Source: Dicyema japonicum
Lineage: Eukaryota; Animalia; Dicyemida
DNA: 40,712 nt
Reading direction: 5' to 3'
Assembly: GCA_011109175.1 (NCBI GenBank)
Contig: RDEW01000081.1
Location: 108,019-148,730 of the forward strand
Position numbers and translations under genes: made by a program. Positions 34,169 through 40,712 of the stretch are shown here, one piece after another. Below the pieces are notes generated by a model, which was given only the letters and a program-made list of their open reading frames with translations, ran no database searches and was not told where the DNA came from. Position 1 is the first letter of the stretch. Each line of letters opens with the position of its first letter.

Positions 34169-36330
34169 TTAACATTCCATCCGTAGGACGTGTCCAAACA
34201 ATCTCCATCGGGCCTCCACCACATCCCAAGTCACAGGTCGCGTTGAGCACTTTCGGTACAGTGCCTCATTGTTGATCCGTGTCGGCCATTGTACCTCGCA
34301 TAGTATTCGTAATTGCCTTCGGTGGAAGGAGTTAAAATTTTTGGTTTCTGAGACCGAGATCCCCCAGCAGGAAAAGTTATATAGCAAGACCAGCTTCACG
34401 AAAGCATTATAGAGGCGCAAACGAAGCGCGATCGTATACCACAAACAGCAAAGGGGAAAGGGAGTCCCCCTGGGGGGTATCCACAGTCGTCGAAAAATTT
34501 CTGAACGACGTACTCTCAACTCGTACCGTCAGTTCTGTATTCGACAATAAAACTTCTATCATCCTGACAGAATCCCTATTAAGGAATCCCCGCAAAACAT
34601 CAAAGAGATTTCCTCGGTGAACTGTGTCGAAGGCTCTCGACATGTCGATATCCAAAATTGTAGTCGCACTCTCAAATCTTTGGTAAGTGGCACAACGCCA
34701 CTTATGCCCCAGACCACATCAGTAGTAGATCTGCCTGTCCTGAATCCACTGTGGCACGATGACAGGAATTCATTCACAGGCTTTTGCACAAGATCCAGCA
34801 CCACCAGAGCAAGGACCTTTCTTAGCGTATTTAGTAGGATGACTGAGTGCAGGTTTTCCACAGGGCCCGCCCTTTTATTCGGTTTTTGAATCGGCACCAG
34901 AATTCCTTTGCCCAACGGAAGAAAGTCGTTAGTTGCAAACATTTGGTTTAATACTTTGCCCACGATTTACACCTGGGTTTTGGGGTTGTACTTATGTAAC
35001 TCAGACGAGCGATTACACTTCAGTCTCTCTATTGCTTTCATAACTTCTCCCACCGTGATTTTATTTACAAGATTTCCTGCATTACCAGTGATTAGGTCCA
35101 CCTTTTCCCCGTCAACTTCAAAGAGTTTTTCAAAATGAGCAGCAATAAGTTCGGCTTGTTCCGTAGCGTCAAAAATCACATTCCCTGTTATCCTGAATTT
35201 TTAGTATGCCCTTTTGGTTCCTCCTCTTAAGCAGGCGCATTGCCAAAAACATCTGCCCACAATCCTTTAGATTCTCCACTTCCTTTAGCCTGGCATCCAA
35301 AACGTTCACTTTAATTTTCTGATTTTTCTCTGTATTCTAGTACGTTCCAACTGTAAAAAGCATTTCCTGTCTGTGTTCGTCATGTTTTCTAGCGATAGTC
35401 GAAGATCCTTCTGTTTTGCAGCTAGTGCGGGAACATCAGGGTGGCCCTGCTTGTACCTCGTACGTTGTGCGGCCGCCTCCCAATGTGTTTGTCTGCAACC
35501 ATGTGAATTCTTTCCATTGTATGCGTCCAAGTGACTCCCGGTGGAAGGCCTGATCTATTGCTTGTAGATGATGTTCCATAGATGATCAATAAATATTTCG
35601 ATGAAGTGTGAAAAACATAATCTCTCGACTAGGTATCCTCTCCGTATGACCTGAGATGGCTTTGTTCCTGATGTGCGTGCATAGCGACTTGTAATATCAA
35701 ACAGGGCCACGACGATCTTGTGGTCGCTTTCCACGACGGCCCCTCCGTATACCTCGAGTCCCGTAATAGTGTTCTATTATTATGTCGGCAAAAAATGTAA
35801 TCAATCTTATTGTAAATCATCACATGGCCCCCAGATTCATTTCTTCTGCAGCTCGTCCAGGTAGTCTTATGTCGTGCAACATGCGTAAACGCAGTGTTAC
35901 ACAGGAATAGATCACTGCCCGACAGAAATTTATCACCACAGCCCCTGGCAGGTTCCTGATCCTTCTTCCGTGTCTTCCGATAGTCGACTCATGCTCCCGA
36001 CATACTCATGCTTTAGCATTTAGTCCCGGCAATGAAGACTAGAAAATACGATTCCAATTCGGCATTTGTCCTCGACAGCTGCACGTAGAAAGCATCAAGT
36101 TCGTCCGAATCTTTGGCGACTCGTCCACTGTGAGGTGCATAAACATTTATAATTGAGAAGGGACCTCGAAGTGCGTTTGACCCCAACCAGTATTTGCAGT
36201 ATGCTGATTCTGTCGCTAACACTCCAACAACGACATATTCCACGAACAAGTTTCTTGTGCACGGCAAACCCCTGTCTATAATGTCTTGATGACGATGGTA
36301 TAACAGGTTTCTTTCCCACTCCCTCTTACA
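34169..36330 (-). mobile_element. RTE-like LINE (APE + RT + C-terminus) with internal deletions
   Basis: INVYAPHSGR, NKIDYIFC, SGFRTGRSTTD, DIDMSRAFDTVHR, PQGDSLSPLLFVVY, LYNAFVK and EARWRLFGHVLRM. Confidence 0.92.
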
Positions 36331-36529
36331 TTGAAAGATGTTATTTTAAGCTCCTCCAAGCCCTTTAAGTACGTTTCAGACATTTGTGCAATAGAGATGT
36401 CGTCACCACCTCAACCAATACTTTTTTTGTATTTAAATCAATGCAGAGGGAAAGAGTCGTCTCGCGTACCCTGTATCGTGCGGATGGTTCTAAAACCTCG
36501 GAACCGGCTGAAATAGCGAGCATCTTTGC

Positions 36530-37670
36530 AGGTAGCTTTGGAGCAGTCACTGCAGTTCGACCGGACAAATTCGTCGAAAGGTCTGCTCGCCAAAGTATTG
36601 AGGACGTCATCTTTACGGAGAGGCGCAAGCGAAGCCACTTTCGGGGGAATCTAATATGATGTATAACTGAGGAGGAGGTCCGGTCCGCAATTAGAAAATT
36701 GAAGAACAACGCACTGGGCCAGGACAAGATCCCCATGGCCCTTTTCAAGAAAGGGCCTGCAAGTCTTCTAGCGACCTTTGTAAGGTTGTACAAAGGTAGC
36801 TTCAGGTTGGGTTACGTTCCTAGGCATTGGAAGGAAGCAGAACTGGTTTTTGTAAAAAAAAAACCAGGAAATCCTCCTGAAGACCCTAGTAGCTACCGGC
36901 CTATAAGCCTGTTGTCTGCCGTTGCTAAAATCTTAGAGAGAGTGATATACCAGAGATTAACCCAGGAATGCATAATAAGAGACACCCTCTCGGACCTTCA
37001 GATGGGATTCCGTGAGGGGCGTTCCTGTGGGGACTGCTGTCTATGCGGACGACATAGTACTCTGGGATCACTCGTGGAAACCAGATGTGGCGTGTCGGAG
37101 GATTCAACTCGCTGTCGATGAAATCATACGCTGGTGTGGGAGCAGAGGACTCAGGCTGAGGCCCGAGAAATGCAGGTTATTAGTTTTTGGCCCCCCTAAG
37201 CGGTCTAATAATTTAATGCCTTGAGTGAACATCTATGGGGTACCTATAGAGGTCACTACCTTGGAGTGACGAGCTACCTTGGAGTGACGTTCAACTCCAA
37301 GTGTAGTTTCCAGGAGCACACCGCCCTCGTTAAGAGGCGGGCTGTGCAAAGACTAGGAGCGTTGAGGGCTTTTCAGCTGAGCCGCGATGCCTGGGCCAAA
37401 GTGTTCAACGCCATGGTGCTGCCTATGCTCACTTATGGTGCGCACTCCTGGTATCGCAGTGAGGAACGCGAAAAGTGCCTCACGAACCTTAGGAAGGTTC
37501 GGCGGCGGGCAATACGGTATTCTCTAGGAATGTCTTATAGAGCGCCGCTGCCGGAAAGAGGATAGCCTGATTTTAAGGACCCGGAGGAAGTTATCAAAAA
37601 GATTGAAATTAGACTAAAGAAGGAGGCACGAAGAAGACAACAGAGATGGCACGAAAACGCTAGGGGATGA
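36530..37670 (+). mobile_element. I/Jockey-like LINE RT to 3' end, GC-richer family, RT core partly deleted
   Basis: ITEEEVRSAIRKLK, SYRPISLLSAVAKILER, QMGFREGRS joined directly to AVYADDI, YLGVTF and LPMLTYGAHSW. There is an 18-bp tandem duplication at ~37255-37290. Confidence 0.92.
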
Positions 37671-37747
37671 AAGGGCCCTTAAAAAGTTCTTGCCTAATTA
37701 CTTACTATTATTTCTTGCCTAATAAAAAGTTTTATCGTATCGTTATT

Positions 37748-37779
37748 GTCATATAGCGGCTGCCATGACTGCGTGACTA
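37748..37779 (-). mobile_element. CRE-like 3' stub (~30 bp)
   Basis: gtcatatagcggctgccatgactgcgtgacta matches 32480-32511 and 38168-38200. Confidence 0.7.
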
Positions 37780-38167
37780 ACATTAAATTATTATAAAAAA
37801 TATTTATCAATATTAAAGTTAGTATTTTTACGTCGATGTTATTAGTCGTAGCAAAAAGTGTAAATTATATAAATTTAATGCCAAAGGGAAGAAGACTGTA
37901 TTTTTATGATGCACATGGAAAATACAATACCTAAAAGAGGAAATCTTCGTTTTTTATTTCAACAATGTTTTTCCTTTAAATTCAGAATGAAAATCATAAA
38001 ATCTCAATACAGGATCCTTTTAACACCACCATGGAAACTGCATGAGAATAGCAATGAGCTCATATGTTCAAGAATTCGAAATAATTGCAGAATTACAATG
38101 CCAAAAAGCGTATTAAATTTTTTATTACAAATAAAATTTTATTAAGGAAAGAAAAGAGAGTAAACAG

Positions 38168-38330
38168 TTATATAGCGGCTGCCCTGACTGCATGGCTATT
38201 CCCTCTCAGGATGGTGAGCGAGACTCGCTCAAATAACCAGCAGCGCTCACGGGGTCTCCTGTTCGTGCAGAAGGGGGTTCAAGAATTTTGTGACGAGTGG
38301 AATAGAATGTCTGGAGGCAATTTTAGCATC
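38168..38330 (-). mobile_element. CRE-like 3' fragment
   Basis: Aligns with the reverse complement of 33240-33329 (ccctgactgc(a/g)tggctattccctctcagg...gagcgaga(c/t)tcgctcaaataa). Confidence 0.85.
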
Positions 38331-38799
38331 TGAAGACAAACCCGACAGCAACTGGTACTCCGCCGCACTTCTTATCGATTTTCTATTATATCGCAAGCGC
38401 TGAGTGATCCATCAATGTCAAAAATAATGTATTATATCAAAGTTAACAATTTTACAAAGTGCTAACTATTATTTCCAGTGGTTTTGATTTTTTAGTCGTT
38501 GTGAATAAACCACTCCCATCTTCCTATTCTTTCTTTTATATTACAAAGACTGCAAATTTACCATCTCAAAGTTAAACTGGAACTCATAATCTAATAAATA
38601 ATAAAAAACCTTTTGTATAAATGTCGAGATTTGGTACATCTTCCAATTCTTTTATATTAAAACTTTCTGGATTATCGTAAACATGATTCCACAAAAGTGT
38701 TGATTCCAGGAATACCACGATGCTCTTTGGTATCGGTCAGAGACATCTCTCCTATAAATAACATGTAATAAATATTATTTTTCCACACTTCATATAGGT

Positions 38800-39740
38800 A
38801 TACGAGATGCGCTGAAGAGAAACAGGACGCAGTCCAATAACTCCTATTATTCTATACGTTCACTGAAAACCAAATTATCTGAACTTAATAACAGACTCAA
38901 ATGGAGTCGTCTAGTTGGACGACTTTGTCACAAAAACTCTTGTGCCATATTTTGAAAAACGCTAAGAAAGATCAATAGCCTTACCAATGAGGAGGACTGC
39001 GGAATACCAGCAATGTTTCGGAACCCGCTCGCAAGCTTGCAAACAATATTATGAAGTACTACGTATCGATCAGCCATAAAGATTTTTTTCGCTCTCCACA
39101 CGTTGAACGGCGCGGGCCGCAACAAGAACCGTATTCCACCTTGTTCACCCCCGATGATGTTGACAAGGCTATTAAATTGCTACGTCCCACTATTTCTTGT
39201 AGTCCCGACAGTATTTGTACTATTCACCTCAAACACCTTGGACCTCAGGCACTGGCCATATTATCAAGACTGTACAACGACTCTATCAACTACCATACGC
39301 TACCTAATATATTGAAGAATTCTCTGATTACGCCAATTCTAAAGCCTGGAAAACTAAAAGACGTTCCTTCTTACCGCCCCGTCTCAATAACTTGTGTTTT
39401 ATAAAAAGTGCTGGACAAGCTTGTATTAATGCGTATCTCTCCTGTTCTACAACTACCAGAATTTCAACATGGTTTCAGACCAGACCGTTCTACAACGACT
39501 CATTTGGGTTCTATCTCCCAGTTTATTACTGACGGCTTCAACATGATAATTCACTTACGGACGGCCTTAGTATCCATCGATATACAGAAGGCCTTTGATT
39601 CTGTTCCGAGGAAAAGATTTTTAATTCGAACTTACATCCGAACATAAAGCTATGGTTGAAAATTTTCTGGGCGACGCGGAAGGGTCCGGATTGACAAAAT
39701 AAATTAGCCCACAAGGGTTCCGCGAGCACCTTAAGGTTGG
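38800..39740 (+). mobile_element. I/Jockey-like LINE, EN-RT linker and RT N-terminal half
   Basis: KWSRLVGRL...KTLRKI, FTPDDVDKAIK, ITPILKPGK..SYRPVSI, QHGFRPDRST and SIDIQKAFDSV. Confidence 0.88.
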
Positions 39741-40176
39741 GAACCATTGAATTAGAGAATGAATATGACGGTATTTCCAATGAAATGGAAATAATGATAT
39801 TGAAAGTATTGATTTAATAAATTCGTAAACATTTTTGTATTCGATTATTTTTTTGCATTACAATTTTGTTATGGGCTTATTTTTGAAAAATTTAACATAA
39901 ATTTCATTTTCAGGTAGTTTTCCATACGTCATTACTCATTCGAATAAAAATTTTGTACAATTCTAATCTTTTTACTATTTTTTCACAACAACGGTTTACG
40001 TAAACATGCTCTTCCGAATAGAAAATTAAGTAATTCCCAATTGTCTTTCTACAGACACGCTTGCCAGTAAAATGTTTTATTCAATTTCTCAAAGTGTCCC
40101 AAGAATTTTTAGATTTTTAGATCGCACTAATAAGATTTAATAGAACTTCAATGTCTGTTTTTAAAGCTTTAAAGCT

Positions 40177-40205
40177 TTATAGGGTGTCCGGAACCAGGAA
40201 GTTTA
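40177..40205 (+). mobile_element. Possible Tc1/mariner TIR remnant
   Basis: TATAGGGTGTCCGGAA resembles TA-(C/T)AGGGTGTCC mariner ends. No transposase was seen. Confidence 0.25.
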
Positions 40206-40436
40206 TTAGTGGTTCGATGTTTTTTGAATTTTCTAAGAAAATTTCCGATTGTCGATTTGGAATTTTTAAATATTCTGCGATATCTTTTATCGTCCATTTT
40301 TACCACGAAAGAGCAAGGATATTAACATCTGCTTATTAAACACAAAAAATAAGAACTAAATATTATTATTATTATAAGCAACTACATAGAATCATATAAA
40401 CTATAATTCTATTCGTGCCGCGTCTGAACAATCCTC

Positions 40437-40712
40437 TTAATTAGCCTTTCCCATCCCCTCCTGTCCGATGCCACTACTAAGGTCTTCACCGTCCTTTAGT
40501 TGTCTGGTTACTGATCTCAGGTCACCATTAAGGAATTCCGGAAAAGTTATTCTTGGACGACCTCTGAACTTCTCCCCTGACGTATCGAAGTATTCTTCCA
40601 TGACGACGTTTGCTGGCGTGTCTTGTTCCAATCTGAGAATATGGCCAAACAATCTCCAGCGAGCCTTCATGATCATGGTGCTCAGAGGTCCGGAACCGCA
40701 TCTTCTATATAA
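40437..40712 (-). mobile_element. RTE-like LINE 3' part (continues past the window edge)
   Basis: ARWRLFGHILRLEQDTPANVVMEEYF...FRGRPRITFP. Confidence 0.9.

Noticed and set aside
38928-39125. Minus-strand ORF with GIPQSS suggesting an inverted RT segment (twin priming)
   Set aside because: The plus strand reads continuously as the EN-RT linker of the same LINE, so the minus-strand match is coincidental.

Overview
This is eukaryotic, AT-rich DNA in the standard genetic code (the intact genes end in TAA). It comes from a ciliated animal-like genome whose genes are split by very small GT-AG introns, mostly 21-26 nt. That combination points to a dicyemid mesozoan; this is inference from intron size plus gene content. 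Five essentially intact host genes could be spliced by hand: CSTF1 (13641-15109), a ~1,600-aa four-domain Nav2-type channel with about 23 micro-introns (16465-21874), and a very tight CRCP/RPC9 - IQCK - SRSF1-like cluster (29717-32005). The rest is decayed material. It includes intron-retaining gene shards (axonemal dynein, kinesin-14, PDS5-like) in the first 7 kb, and a deleted 18S copy fused to a LINE plus an rDNA promoter/ETS/18S 5' end. It also includes many internally deleted non-LTR elements (RTE-like, I/Jockey-like, R4-like, CRE-like), hAT and pogo DNA-transposon remnants, and a tRNA-derived SINE. The best leads are three: the channel's DEE(S/A) filter with an eroded inactivation latch and domain-IV voltage sensor; loss or conversion of its ancestral U12 intron positions; and a single unusually long SR-gene intron with an internal PTC-generating acceptor. 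Several one-base deletions in homopolymers are probably consensus errors. All family assignments rest on motif recognition, with no database search.
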